From an uncultured virus (IMG/VR IMGVR_UViG_2061766007_000920) (Duplodnaviria > Heunggongvirae > Uroviricota > Caudoviricetes), in IMG/VR virus record IMGVR_UViG_2061766007_000920: 59,769 nucleotides of DNA, one strand, 5' to 3'. The position numbers and the translations under genes were made by a program. The first letter of the stretch is position 1. Every line of letters begins with the position of its first letter. Positions 6,206 to 15,875 of this stretch are shown one piece after another. The notes below the pieces were generated by a model. It was not told the DNA's origin and did no database searches. It saw only the letters and a list, made by a program, of their open reading frames with translations.

Positions 6206-8104
6206 TCACACCATTTCTACAAATTTTTTCTGCATCAAATCGTATGCTCTTGAAATTTCTCTTTCTATCACATCGTTTTTATTTATACGCTCATGCGTTA
6301 TCGCATCATCAAATGTAATGATTGCTCTAACTTTAATCTTAACGCCTTCTTTTTCCTTAATCTTTTTTACAGGATTTCCGCGCCCTAAAATTTTTTTCCA
6401 TTGTTTTATTATCTTGTCGTTATCATACTCATACTCAAACTTGCCTTTCAACTGATTGTTGAATATTTTTTCCACATCAAACTTGTCATTTATTTTCCAT
6501 GGAATTTTATATCCATTTTCGCCTTCTTTAAAGTTCAATTCGGGCAATACTTCCAAGTCAGTTACCAATACAGGTGTTCCAAGCTCAAGAGCCTCAACCA
6601 AAGAATAACAAAAACCTTCGTGGTCTGATAACTGTGCCAAATAATCAGCACTTTTTATATAAGGCGCAATATCAAGAGTAGGCTTTAAAAATGTTATATT
6701 GGTTGCTCCTTGAATTGGAGAATCACAAAAGCACAGCCAGACAAACGGAATATTGCGCTTTCTCAAAAGATTAGAGAGTGCTACCATCCTCTTTTGCCCT
6801 TTTTCATTAGTGCCAGTTCTCGTAGCAGAAACAATAACAATAGCCTTACTAACATCTTTGGGCGCAGTTAAATTGTGTATGGTTTTATAATCCTTTTTGA
6901 AATCTAAATAAGATTTTGCAACAGCCTCCGAAACAGGAACAAGGTAGTCATTGTCTTTTGGAATTACAAGAGCCTCATCCCACTTACATGAATGAACCAT
7001 CTGTACTTTCTGTTTATAAAAAACATTCTTCGGAGAATCGTCTGTTATTCTATTTACAATAAGCGTGTCACACTCGATATACGTAGATAAATCGTTTCTC
7101 TCTACCCTTGCAAACTCCTTTAATCTAGCTTTCTGCTTTTCATCTATAATTTTATACAAGACCGTTATATCATAGCTTGATGACATTTGCTTGCAAAAAT
7201 TATAAATAAATGTTTCTATTCCCCCTATTTCAAATGTTTTTTCCGTCCATATCACAATGTCTGTTTTTATCGGCATTACAACTCTTGTGAACAAGTTTGT
7301 CGGATAACCTCTTAATTCCGTTCCATGTATTTTTCTTGGCGGCATTACTAAGGCATACTCACTTAACTTCGGAATGTTGTTCTGGTTAGTCATAAGTATT
7401 ATTTCAGCCACTTTATTGAGTTCCCTAAATTCTGAAATAAGGAATGTCATGGCTTCGGTTACTATAGGGAAATAGTATATTACTCTTCGAGTTCTCAAAA
7501 GTCCGTTCTGAAATCTTTTTGTCAAAGAATCGGGTGTATTAGTCCTGTAAAAATACATAAATTCCGATATAAAAGCTTTCTTACCTTTGCTCTCGTCGAT
7601 TTTCTTGATAAATTCTGCATCTTCTCCAATTGATTTATTAGGATTAAACCTAACATTCCCTATAAAGCTCTTTTTGTAAACTCTATTCCACACACATTGA
7701 TTAGTCGCAGGAAACTTATCGTCAATAGTTTTTATTTCAACTACTGTTTGTCCTCCATCAGAAAACGTTTTCCACGACATGTAGCAATAATCAAAAGCTG
7801 TTTTTTCGATTTCATCCAAGATAAGTTTAATATAATTATCAGACACTAAATCATCTGAATCTATAAACGATATATATTCCCCGTGAGCTTTGCTTATGCC
7901 TGTATTTCTAGCCTCGCTAACCCCTTTATTACTTTGATAATAAAAATTCACCCATTCATAATTGCTTTTTAATTTAGGACAAGAGCCATCATCAACAACA
8001 ATTACCTCTACCTTGTCGTTTACTTGAGGAGCTAAACAATCAAGTAGTTCGCTTAAATAAGGTTCTGAATTATACGCAGGAATTATCACTGTTAATTTTT
8101 TCAT
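6206..8104 (-). CDS. bifunctional glycosyltransferase (GT2 N-terminal + GT-B/GT4-like C-terminal)
   Basis: LTVIIPAYN...VVDDGS...NKGVSEARNTG...FIDSDD (GT-A); GGIETF and SDHEGFCYSLVEALELGTPVLVTD (GT-B); start moved to MKKLTVII. Confidence 0.9.
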   Translation of the reverse strand: MKKLTVIIPAYNSEPYLSELLDCLAPQVNDKVEVIVVDDGSCPKLKSNYEWVNFYYQSNKGVSEARNTGISKAHGEYISFIDSDDLVSDNYIKLILDEIEKTAFDYCYMSWKTFSDGGQTVVEIKTIDDKFPATNQCVWNRVYKKSFIGNVRFNPNKSIGEDAEFIKKIDESKGKKAFISEFMYFYRTNTPDSLTKRFQNGLLRTRRVIYYFPIVTEAMTFLISEFRELNKVAEIILMTNQNNIPKLSEYALVMPPRKIHGTELRGYPTNLFTRVVMPIKTDIVIWTEKTFEIGGIETFIYNFCKQMSSSYDITVLYKIIDEKQKARLKEFARVERNDLSTYIECDTLIVNRITDDSPKNVFYKQKVQMVHSCKWDEALVIPKDNDYLVPVSEAVAKSYLDFKKDYKTIHNLTAPKDVSKAIVIVSATRTGTNEKGQKRMVALSNLLRKRNIPFVWLCFCDSPIQGATNITFLKPTLDIAPYIKSADYLAQLSDHEGFCYSLVEALELGTPVLVTDLEVLPELNFKEGENGYKIPWKINDKFDVEKIFNNQLKGKFEYEYDNDKIIKQWKKILGRGNPVKKIKEKEGVKIKVRAIITFDDAITHERINKNDVIEREISRAYDLMQKKFVEMV

Positions 8105-8897
8105 ACAACTCATCAAGTTCGTCTCCATATCTTCCGAAAAACCATTGTTCAAATTTATCAAACTCTTTTACACGTTCATAGTTATAATCTATTGCTTTGT
8201 TTCTCTTCCCATACTCCCAATGTGGATTAAACAAAATCTTATCTACAATCTTAGGAATGTCGTTTATATTATCAACTCTTATTATTCCTTCTTCATCGAA
8301 TAATCGTCCAATTTTTCTCGCTCCGTAATATATCGGCACACACTTATTCGCAAAAGCGTTCCCAATTTTTTCGGTAAACCACCAGTCATCAAGATAATTT
8401 TCTATACATATCGAAAACTTATATTCCTCGTATATTTGTGCAGTAGTCACATAACTACCGCCATCATAAGTTCCCATACAGTCTACTTTATCTTCCAACT
8501 GTTTGCAAAGCACTTTTCTTATTATGTGTTGCGCACACATCTCCTTGTCAGAAGAACAAAAAGATATGTTTTTCGGTTTGTTCCATCTGTCATCATTCCA
8601 GTTGCCAAGCCCTTCTTGACCGCCTCCCCACAGAATCAGTCTCGAATTAGGCAGTAATGATAACAACTGAGAATCATGGGTAAATACCATTGCAAACTCC
8701 TTGCCGTTATATTCCATCCACCTATACAGCTCTGGATTTAAAGACCTCGGTTCTATCAAAATAGCTATAGCCTTAGATTTATCTATGCCCTTTTCCCTCA
8801 TCGCAATATAATCCACTAGGCAAGTAATATACTTTTCACCTTTAACCATATTATGATTCGGAAAATGGTCATATGGGCTATACATCTTAAGCCTCAT
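8070..8897 (-). CDS. glycosyltransferase family 10 (alpha-1,3-fucosyltransferase-like)
   Basis: YKFSICIENYLDDWWFTEKIGNAFANKCVPIYYG matches the GT10 motif YKFxxxxEN...TEK...VPIYxG. Confidence 0.8.
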   Translation of the reverse strand: MRLKMYSPYDHFPNHNMVKGEKYITCLVDYIAMREKGIDKSKAIAILIEPRSLNPELYRWMEYNGKEFAMVFTHDSQLLSLLPNSRLILWGGGQEGLGNWNDDRWNKPKNISFCSSDKEMCAQHIIRKVLCKQLEDKVDCMGTYDGGSYVTTAQIYEEYKFSICIENYLDDWWFTEKIGNAFANKCVPIYYGARKIGRLFDEEGIIRVDNINDIPKIVDKILFNPHWEYGKRNKAIDYNYERVKEFDKFEQWFFGRYGDELDELYEKINSDNSCV

Positions 8898-9020
8898 TTT
8901 AATACCTCTCATTTTTGTAAATTTTGCCCATTTAAGACGTTTTTATGTCTTAATGATAATTTCCTTGTAGTTAATATAAAAACTCAAGGAAGATAGGAAA
9001 TTTTTATATTTGAGGGCATA

Positions 9021-9275
9021 TTATTTATTCAGCACGTATCTTGCAAACTTACAACAGTGTCCATACTTATCAACCTTCTCAATATCAAACGTTGTGATAT
9101 CATAGCCCTTTTTTCTTAACTGGAATATTATAGCTGAAAGTCTTGTAGCCCCAAACATGTTAATCGCTTCCATACTTGTAATGCTTCCGTTTGATTTTAA
9201 ATACTTAAGAACCTCACTGGTTTTATTTCTTTTAACTGGCGTTACAGCTTCATGTCTTTTTATAAATGCTTTCAT
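9021..9275 (-). CDS. winged-HTH protein (HTH_39-like)
   Basis: VLKYLKSNGSITSMEA...RLSAIIFQLRKKGYDI. Confidence 0.8.
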   Translation of the reverse strand: MKAFIKRHEAVTPVKRNKTSEVLKYLKSNGSITSMEAINMFGATRLSAIIFQLRKKGYDITTFDIEKVDKYGHCCKFARYVLNK

Positions 9276-9662
9276 TTATACCTCCTTCTTGGCACGCTTC
9301 GCATCCCTTAACTCTTTCCTTCTTGCATTTATCTCGTCTTTATGCAAGTTGTAATAATCTAACGCTTTCTTTCTACGCTCGATTATATTACTATTATACC
9401 TCATTTGATTCTTTTTATTTATATTTTCTTTGTTTTTCTCATAATACTTGGCGTGCCTTGCTTTATCTTTTTCTTTGTTTTCTTGGCGATACCTCGCAGA
9501 CTTTTCTTTTATCTCCTCTTTGTTTTCTTGATAATATTTAGCGTGTCTTATTTTATCCTTTTTCTTCAAAAACTCTTTGCCCGCGTCATTAATATCATCC
9601 AAAGCATATTTACAGTTTTTTAATTTGCAATTTAAACAATCATATCCACAGTTTAATCTCAC
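9276..9662 (-). CDS. basic repeat protein with N-terminal Cys cluster
   Basis: CGYDCLNCKLKNC followed by repeated KDKxRHAKYY..NKE.I. Confidence 0.65.
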   Translation of the reverse strand: MRLNCGYDCLNCKLKNCKYALDDINDAGKEFLKKKDKIRHAKYYQENKEEIKEKSARYRQENKEKDKARHAKYYEKNKENINKKNQMRYNSNIIERRKKALDYYNLHKDEINARRKELRDAKRAKKEV

Positions 9663-9898
9663 CCTTGTTTTTCAATCCTTCCGATTTCATCAAGTGCATC
9701 AATTATAATTCTTGCTATGCTTTGAGATATTTCACTGTTATTATATTTCTGCGGAAAAGCATTAATCTTAGTCATATACGTTTCATAAAAAGCATCGTCT
9801 TTTACTTCCGTATCTCTCATCTCTTTTATTAACTTCCATGCCTCAGTGTACGGTTCGTACACCGAGGCTTTAAATTTACCCATCTGCTGTTCTGTCAT
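9659..9898 (-). CDS. hypothetical protein
   Basis: 79-aa ORF within the operon. Confidence 0.65.
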   Translation of the reverse strand: MTEQQMGKFKASVYEPYTEAWKLIKEMRDTEVKDDAFYETYMTKINAFPQKYNNSEISQSIARIIIDALDEIGRIEKQG

Positions 9899-9901
9899 AT
9901 G

Positions 9902-11977
9902 TTACCCCCATGGAAGGTCATCGTCTTCCTCTGCATCTCTGAATCCCGAATCCTTTTCAAGTTTCATTTCTTCTTGCTGTGGCGCTTTTGCATTTGCCAT
10001 ATCAATCCATCCGTAGTTATGAACTTCATCCACGTCATTTTTTAATCTTTTCGTTTCCTTTTCGTAGAACAGTTCGTTGTACGAATCATCTACTGAGCCA
10101 AATCTTGCCTTTGCGCAGTGCCATATATTAGTTCCGCCAGTTCCCGTCCAGTTCACGCCAAAAAATTGATTATAGGAATTATCAAAGGTCTGATTCCTTC
10201 GATAGACAAAAATTATATTGTCCATCGCATTAACAATATCTGACGTTCCGCTTATGTCATACATTCCCAAAAGCCCCATAGGTTTCTTGGGATGGCAAAC
10301 AATAATAATGTGTATGTTTTTGCGCTGTGCAAATTCATGTAACTGCCAAGCAAATCTTGACTGCGCCTCATACTTTTCTTTTGACAATCTTGATATGTCA
10401 AGCGCCATCAGATTGTCTATGCAAAGCATGTCAAGCTTATGTCTGTCAACCATTTTATCGAACTGCTCAATAATAGCCTCGAAATCAAATCCGTATTGGT
10501 TATTGTATAACCAAAATTTTCCTTCAAGCCAATCAGCTATCTTCTCTTGGTACTTATAAGGTACATCGTAATAACCTTCCCACATAGTCGGTTCGACATA
10601 ACTTCTTCCTGCACCTTGCTGATACATCCATCTCATGTAATCATCTTCTGCAAGCTCTCCACTAAATACCGCCACATTATTTCCTGCATCAATAGCATTA
10701 AGTATTATCTGTGAGAGAATTGTAGATTTTGCACTTCCTGCTTGTCCGCTTAAAGCCGTAACGTCTTTCTTTCTAAGACCTCTATACTTTTTATCAAATT
10801 CATATATACCAGTCTTGATAATCTGTTCTGTCTGCTTAGGTCTAGCTAATATCTGCTTTGCGGTAAAGAAGATAGGCTCTCCTTCCTTTTGCTCGATATG
10901 TACTGGCTCTGGCTTAGCGTCTCTGTTATACGAGTTGAATATCTGCCTTTCTTCTTGCTGACGCTTACGTTCATAAGCGTCTGGCTCAAACAACATTCTT
11001 ACATCTTTCCACGTCTTATCAGCACATGAATTATGCAAACATTTGAAGGCAATTGCGCCATTACTACGCTTAAAGATTGCCGCATCCTTACCTGTATGGT
11101 TATGGTCGAACGGACAATGCGTTAAGCAATACTTCGTTCCACTCCCATAAGAATAGGCGGCATAGCTGATTCCATATTTCTGCATCCACGCTTCAATGTC
11201 AAAGCTCTCAGATGAATAATTATTGTATCGGCTAGGGTTTATCTGTTCCGCCTTCACAAGCCCGCATATCCTTTTGATATACATTGAATCAACAGGTGTT
11301 ATGACTTCTGGCATCTTGATAATCTTACTCATACGATGAGGTCTTTCCTCGGTGTTTAATCCCTTTTGAGCAAGTGTGCCATAAAGCTTACAGACTCTTG
11401 AAGCATTGAAGTTTACTTGGTCTATTTTCATTTCATCATCAGAGAACAACTCATCTAATGCTACTAAGAAGTTTTTTAGTAAGTCTGCGTTTTCTTTGTT
11501 GTTCTGCATCTTTAACTTGTATAACAAATGATATCCATTGCCAGAGAATCCTATTATCGGTCTTGGGAATCCCTGTTCTAACAAAAAGTTATGAACTTTC
11601 CCGCACTTTGCAAGAGCTTTATCTATCTGTTCCTGCGTTGATGAAGTGTCTTTAGGTCTCACAGGGTCTATATCAATCAATATCCATTCTCTCGCCTCAA
11701 TGTCATTGTCTGATGTTGAAGCAATCTTTCCCGAAATAAGCTTGTCTCTCTGCGCTCTGCTATAACAAGCCTCGTCAATCGCATTAAGAACAATATAAAC
11801 ATTTGAATCCTGTAAATCCTGCTTCTTTAAACACTCAACAGCCTTGTCTGCACTTTTGAAATAACCGCTGTAAGGGAATTTTGAACGCTGAGATATTATA
11901 CGAATTTCAAATACTCTGTCATCCCCTTTGATAGCATTAATTGCTTTTCTTACTTCAACTTCGTTGATAAACGTCAT
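9902..11977 (-). CDS. primase-helicase (AEP-type primase + SF4/DnaB-like helicase)
   Basis: LIDID and FSGNGYH (AEP motifs), Cys/His Zn cluster, Walker A GQAGSAKST, FSGEL, LCIDNL, DISGT. Confidence 0.85.
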   Translation of the reverse strand: MTFINEVEVRKAINAIKGDDRVFEIRIISQRSKFPYSGYFKSADKAVECLKKQDLQDSNVYIVLNAIDEACYSRAQRDKLISGKIASTSDNDIEAREWILIDIDPVRPKDTSSTQEQIDKALAKCGKVHNFLLEQGFPRPIIGFSGNGYHLLYKLKMQNNKENADLLKNFLVALDELFSDDEMKIDQVNFNASRVCKLYGTLAQKGLNTEERPHRMSKIIKMPEVITPVDSMYIKRICGLVKAEQINPSRYNNYSSESFDIEAWMQKYGISYAAYSYGSGTKYCLTHCPFDHNHTGKDAAIFKRSNGAIAFKCLHNSCADKTWKDVRMLFEPDAYERKRQQEERQIFNSYNRDAKPEPVHIEQKEGEPIFFTAKQILARPKQTEQIIKTGIYEFDKKYRGLRKKDVTALSGQAGSAKSTILSQIILNAIDAGNNVAVFSGELAEDDYMRWMYQQGAGRSYVEPTMWEGYYDVPYKYQEKIADWLEGKFWLYNNQYGFDFEAIIEQFDKMVDRHKLDMLCIDNLMALDISRLSKEKYEAQSRFAWQLHEFAQRKNIHIIIVCHPKKPMGLLGMYDISGTSDIVNAMDNIIFVYRRNQTFDNSYNQFFGVNWTGTGGTNIWHCAKARFGSVDDSYNELFYEKETKRLKNDVDEVHNYGWIDMANAKAPQQEEMKLEKDSGFRDAEEDDDLPWG

Positions 11978-11992
11978 ATGTATTCCTCTCCC

Positions 11993-12790
11993 TTACTGAT
12001 AATCAGCGTACCGATTATTCTGTACTTCTTTTGTCTTTTCTTTCCGTTCTCTCATTGATACAAAGTCTGGTCTGAGAGCATATATGTCTTGCCAAGTCTT
12101 AAACACTGACTGGTCTAATATATCAGCCTGTGTATATTCATCCTGTGACAATCCTTCAAGTTTCTTTTTGAGCTGTTGTATCGCTCTTTCAGTCATCGGC
12201 TTTTTAATTGCATTTCTCATGGCAAGAAAATCATTGAAAGCTGACTGCACAATCTCTGAATCTGAAAAATCATATTCCTTCAAAAAAACTTTTTCTTTTT
12301 TTACTTTTTCTTTTTTATTTATATTTATATTTATATCTTTATCTATATCTATATCTGTCTCGTTACCTTGCGTAACAGTATCGTTACATGTAACGTTACA
12401 CTCTAATTTCTTTTTCTCCCTATACTTCGCAACCCTAAGTCTGGTCTGCTCTCGTATCTTTTCCATGCCTTCAATATTTTGATATTTTTCCCAGTTTGAA
12501 ACATGAATTATGTCATCAAAAATATCAATCATTCCAAACTCAACAAATGTTCTAAGCGCAAGTTGTACGGTAGGAAGCGGTCTATTAAACATTGTCGCCA
12601 ACATCTGTTCCGTAAACGGTATATCTTTAGTAAAATAGACATTCCCACAATCATTTACATTTCCCGCAAGCATCAATATTTTGAACCAAATGACAATTAT
12701 CGAATCTCCTTCTGGCATTGATTCAATAATTCTAATTTTCTTATTATCAAATACATCTGTAGCAATTTTTATCCATTTTACGTCAGCCAT
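11993..12790 (-). CDS. phage replisome organiser / replication initiator
   Basis: WIKIATDVFDNKKIRIIESMPEGDSIIVIWFKILMLAG...NWEKYQN (Phage_rep_org_N) with low-complexity DIDIDKD linker. Confidence 0.9.
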   Translation of the reverse strand: MADVKWIKIATDVFDNKKIRIIESMPEGDSIIVIWFKILMLAGNVNDCGNVYFTKDIPFTEQMLATMFNRPLPTVQLALRTFVEFGMIDIFDDIIHVSNWEKYQNIEGMEKIREQTRLRVAKYREKKKLECNVTCNDTVTQGNETDIDIDKDINININKKEKVKKEKVFLKEYDFSDSEIVQSAFNDFLAMRNAIKKPMTERAIQQLKKKLEGLSQDEYTQADILDQSVFKTWQDIYALRPDFVSMRERKEKTKEVQNNRYADYQ

Positions 12791-12800
12791 TTTTACCCCC

Positions 12801-12850
12801 TGTAACGTTACATTTTACTTGTAACGTTACACTCATTTTGTAACGTTACA
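12801..12850. repeat. three perfect 12-bp palindromes TGTAACGTTACA, 19-bp period (iteron/operator); a fourth at 12389-12400 inside the rep gene
   Basis: copies start at 12801, 12820, 12839 and 12389. Confidence 0.85.
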
Positions 12851-13200
12851 TCTTTTTGTTCGTTCAAATACAGCTCATACTCTTTGTAAAGTTTCATAAA
12901 ATCATCAAAGCGCATACATACAAGAGTTTCGCAATGATTTTTTCTAAAAAAAACAGCAGGAATGTTACCCTTGCCTTCTTCGGAACTATCATTTATTGCT
13001 TGAGCCATCCAGTCGTATATCATAATCTTTTCTTGATGCTTGGCTTCGATATGTATTCCATCAAGCCCCACTACATCAGAAGCGTCACCAGTGTTTCCAC
13101 AATACTGCGCTGTGCGTCTTGCATCATAGCCATATTCTTTAAGTTTTGATGCAATCTCGCGTTCGTAACGTTTCCCTTTTTCTCTGCTCATTTTTCCCAT
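12808..13200 (-). CDS. PD-(D/E)xK Holliday junction resolvase (Hjc-like)
   Basis: REKGKRYEREIA...SDVVG...IEAK. Confidence 0.8.
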   Translation of the reverse strand: MGKMSREKGKRYEREIASKLKEYGYDARRTAQYCGNTGDASDVVGLDGIHIEAKHQEKIMIYDWMAQAINDSSEEGKGNIPAVFFRKNHCETLVCMRFDDFMKLYKEYELYLNEQKDVTLQNECNVTSKM

Positions 13201-13262
13201 TCATACCTCTTTTCTGCCACGGATTTTTATGACCGCCGTGGCTCGGTTCGGGTAACTCTATA

Positions 13263-13688
13263 TTATACGAATGGAAGTTCTTCGTCAATACCTTCTGGAA
13301 TATTCATAAAGCCATCGTTATCAGTAGCATTATTAGTGGTATCTCTAGGTGCGGCAGGTTCATTGCTCTGCTGAGACTGTCTTTCAACAAATTCAGAAGA
13401 ATCTACAATAACATCAGTTGTATATACTTTCTGTCCGTCTCTGTTGGTATATGAGCCTGTCTGAATATGTCCAGTTATGCCAATCTTCATGCCTTTTCTG
13501 AAATACTTTTCAATAAACTCTGCGTTTTTATCGAAAGCGACACAACTAATAAAATCAGCGTCATATCTTCCTTCTGCGTTCTTAAATTTTCTATTGACCG
13601 CCAATGTCATTCTTGTTACTGTCTTTCCGTTCGCGTTTCTTACGTCTGGGTCTGCTGTGAAATTTCCAATAAGATTTACTACGTTCAT
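13263..13688 (-). CDS. ssb: single-stranded DNA-binding protein
   Basis: OB-fold pattern and acidic C-terminal tail DEELPF. Confidence 0.95.
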   Translation of the reverse strand: MNVVNLIGNFTADPDVRNANGKTVTRMTLAVNRKFKNAEGRYDADFISCVAFDKNAEFIEKYFRKGMKIGITGHIQTGSYTNRDGQKVYTTDVIVDSSEFVERQSQQSNEPAAPRDTTNNATDNDGFMNIPEGIDEELPFV

Positions 13689-13690
13689 TA

Positions 13691-14092
13691 TTATTCTCCT
13701 TTTCCAAAAAATAGTTCAGTTACATCTACTGCTCTTAGTTTCGCTTTATATATTTTATTGTTTCTATCAATTTTATACCAATCATCACACTTAAACTCTC
13801 GACATATAAGTGGTCTGACTTCATAAATAGTACACTTATGAGTAGCTTTTGTGTCATCTAAAAAAGGACATGTGGCATCAAACAAAGCCTCTCTATGAAC
13901 AAATATAGCGTGTTTCTGTTGCTTTATATTGTGCTTCTTGATGTAATTGCGGATAGTATTGATTTCCTTATTATTCAAGGCTAAATAACGAGAACAACAG
14001 TTGCCACACTCACTACATTTTCCATTATGAGTAAAGTCATGTGTACCATTTTGATAATCATTTGCCATTTCTTCAACACTTCCAATTTTCAT
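13691..14092 (-). CDS. YkgJ-family CxxCxxCC protein
   Basis: CSECGNCC...CPFL...CTIYEVRPLICREF. Confidence 0.85.
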   Translation of the reverse strand: MKIGSVEEMANDYQNGTHDFTHNGKCSECGNCCSRYLALNNKEINTIRNYIKKHNIKQQKHAIFVHREALFDATCPFLDDTKATHKCTIYEVRPLICREFKCDDWYKIDRNNKIYKAKLRAVDVTELFFGKGE

Positions 14093-14511
14093 TCTAGTCC
14101 TCCAAAACCCCTGTTGAAAATTTTATTATCATCACTGGTATCTTCTTCCTCAAAAAGCCCACTTAAGCTCTTAGCGAGTTGCTTTATACGCTCAATTTTT
14201 TCTGTGTATTGCTTGGTGAGTTCCATAAGCCTTTCATTGGACAATGATGCAATCTCTAAAATGTCACGTATGTCATCTTTTTCAAACACTTCATTGTCCA
14301 TCAGTCCTTTAAAAAGTGATACGAGTTCTGCTTTGATTATTTCAACATCGCCAGTTATTTCAACTTTGCCATTTTCACTTTTAATCATTTCCCGCCCCCT
14401 TTTAGAGATAGTTTTTACCATAGCGTTTAATCCAATCTTCAATTTTTTTGTTGTAATGCTCAAGCCAAGTTTTTTCTGCAAGCTGTTGTAACTCTTCCTT
14501 GTAATCGCCAT
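14089..14511 (-). CDS. hypothetical protein (true start probably MIKSENG)
   Basis: ORF in operon; its 5' part overlaps the neighbouring gene. Confidence 0.55.
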   Translation of the reverse strand: MAITRKSYNSLQKKLGLSITTKKLKIGLNAMVKTISKRGREMIKSENGKVEITGDVEIIKAELVSLFKGLMDNEVFEKDDIRDILEIASLSNERLMELTKQYTEKIERIKQLAKSLSGLFEEEDTSDDNKIFNRGFGGLE

Positions 14512-14707
14512 GTTGATGAAGTCTCATATGATGAGAGTGACATAATTGGCAATGCAAGCCATCTTTTTCAGCGAGAACTCTTCTGGAAGTTCCGAACACC
14601 ATATGGTGTTTGTCAGTTCCCTTTATGCCGTCTATGCCTTGCATCTTGCAAATATAGCAATATTCGTCATTATCTGGGATTATGCTTTTGCTCATGCTGT
14701 AATTCAA
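14402..14707 (-). CDS. Zn-binding HNH/Ref-like nuclease
   Basis: CYIC...HHMVFG...LCHSHH...H. Confidence 0.6.
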   Translation of the reverse strand: MNYSMSKSIIPDNDEYCYICKMQGIDGIKGTDKHHMVFGTSRRVLAEKDGLHCQLCHSHHMRLHQHGDYKEELQQLAEKTWLEHYNKKIEDWIKRYGKNYL

Positions 14708-15197
14708 CCTCCCTCATTCTTTGCAACTCATTCGGTGTCAACACTTCAATATCGAGTGCTTTAGCATCTTGTACTGCAAAATCTACAAGAGCTTGCATTT
14801 CTGATACCGAAAACGAACTGCTACCCCTTAATAAAACATAATATCTGTATCTCACTCCGTCATTACCTTCAACAGTTGCGCTTCTTGGAGCAATATGGTA
14901 CGTAAGAGCATTTAAAGCCTCATTTTCGGCTTCTACTGTATCGGGTATTAAAGTATATACAGGTTTGTCTTCAACGCGCTGTACGAGACCGAGAGCACGT
15001 AAATTAAGGTTGTGTAGTTTGGCTTTTGGTTCATGTGTTTTCACGGCAATCTTTTCAAGTAATTGCCAATAATAAGCATTACTTGAAAGACTGCGCTTCT
15101 TTTTATGGATAGTTAAATCCCACATGGCATCTTGGTCTATGCTATTACTTGTTAAAAAAGCTATTATATCTTTTGCTCGACCTACAAATGAAGCCAT
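14670..15197 (-). CDS. NinB/Orf-like recombination accessory protein
   Basis: KRSLSSNAYYW...SSSFSVSEMQALVD pattern; adjacent to ERF. Confidence 0.65.
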   Translation of the reverse strand: MASFVGRAKDIIAFLTSNSIDQDAMWDLTIHKKKRSLSSNAYYWQLLEKIAVKTHEPKAKLHNLNLRALGLVQRVEDKPVYTLIPDTVEAENEALNALTYHIAPRSATVEGNDGVRYRYYVLLRGSSSFSVSEMQALVDFAVQDAKALDIEVLTPNELQRMREVELQHEQKHNPR

Positions 15198-15208
15198 ATT
15201 CTACTCCT

Positions 15209-15874
15209 CTACTTTTTTGCATCTGGTGTGTTTGAAAATTTATTAAGAATAGCAATAGCTTGGGTATCTGTTAAAGATTCAAGATTCTTAGTCTTGAACA
15301 TCGACAATATAGTAACTTCGTTGATGCCCGTTCTATTCATCTCACTCTTGATTCTTTCCAACTGTTCGGGTGTTACGTTTCCGCCAGACGGAAGAAGTGT
15401 TTTATCAACGCTTGATTTCAGCTTCTCATTCAACTTAGCATCAGAAGCACTTTCCTTTGAACCCTTCTTGTTCTGCTGATTCTGATATTCGTCAGTATCA
15501 GCATCTTTAGTATCATCAATCAAGAACATTCCGTTGAGTGCGTACTTTCTTGCATAAGAGGATGTTGCACCAGTTATCTGACTCCAATCCATTCCCTTTT
15601 TATCAAGTTCTTCTCTAGCGTAGGCAGTGTTTTCAACAGTCTCGCCAGTTTCAATATCAACTAGCCTAACAGCCGCTTTGACATAATACCTATCACCAAT
15701 AAGTTCAAGTGAATCAGAGATAAACAATGTTGCCTTGTATTTCTTGAGTACAGGCTTTAATCCTTCAAGAATATCCTCACATGAACGATAATTGTACTTT
15801 CCGAAAGAATTGTAAGCATTCTTTGGTGCTTTTAATTCTTCTTGAATTGATGATAATTTCTCATAAATCCCCAT
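15209..15874 (-). CDS. erf: ERF-family ssDNA annealing protein
   Basis: KAPKNAYNSFGKYNYRSCEDIL...QITGATSSYARKYALNGMFLIDDTKDAD. Confidence 0.9.
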   Translation of the reverse strand: MGIYEKLSSIQEELKAPKNAYNSFGKYNYRSCEDILEGLKPVLKKYKATLFISDSLELIGDRYYVKAAVRLVDIETGETVENTAYAREELDKKGMDWSQITGATSSYARKYALNGMFLIDDTKDADTDEYQNQQNKKGSKESASDAKLNEKLKSSVDKTLLPSGGNVTPEQLERIKSEMNRTGINEVTILSMFKTKNLESLTDTQAIAILNKFSNTPDAKK

Positions 15875-15875
15875 A

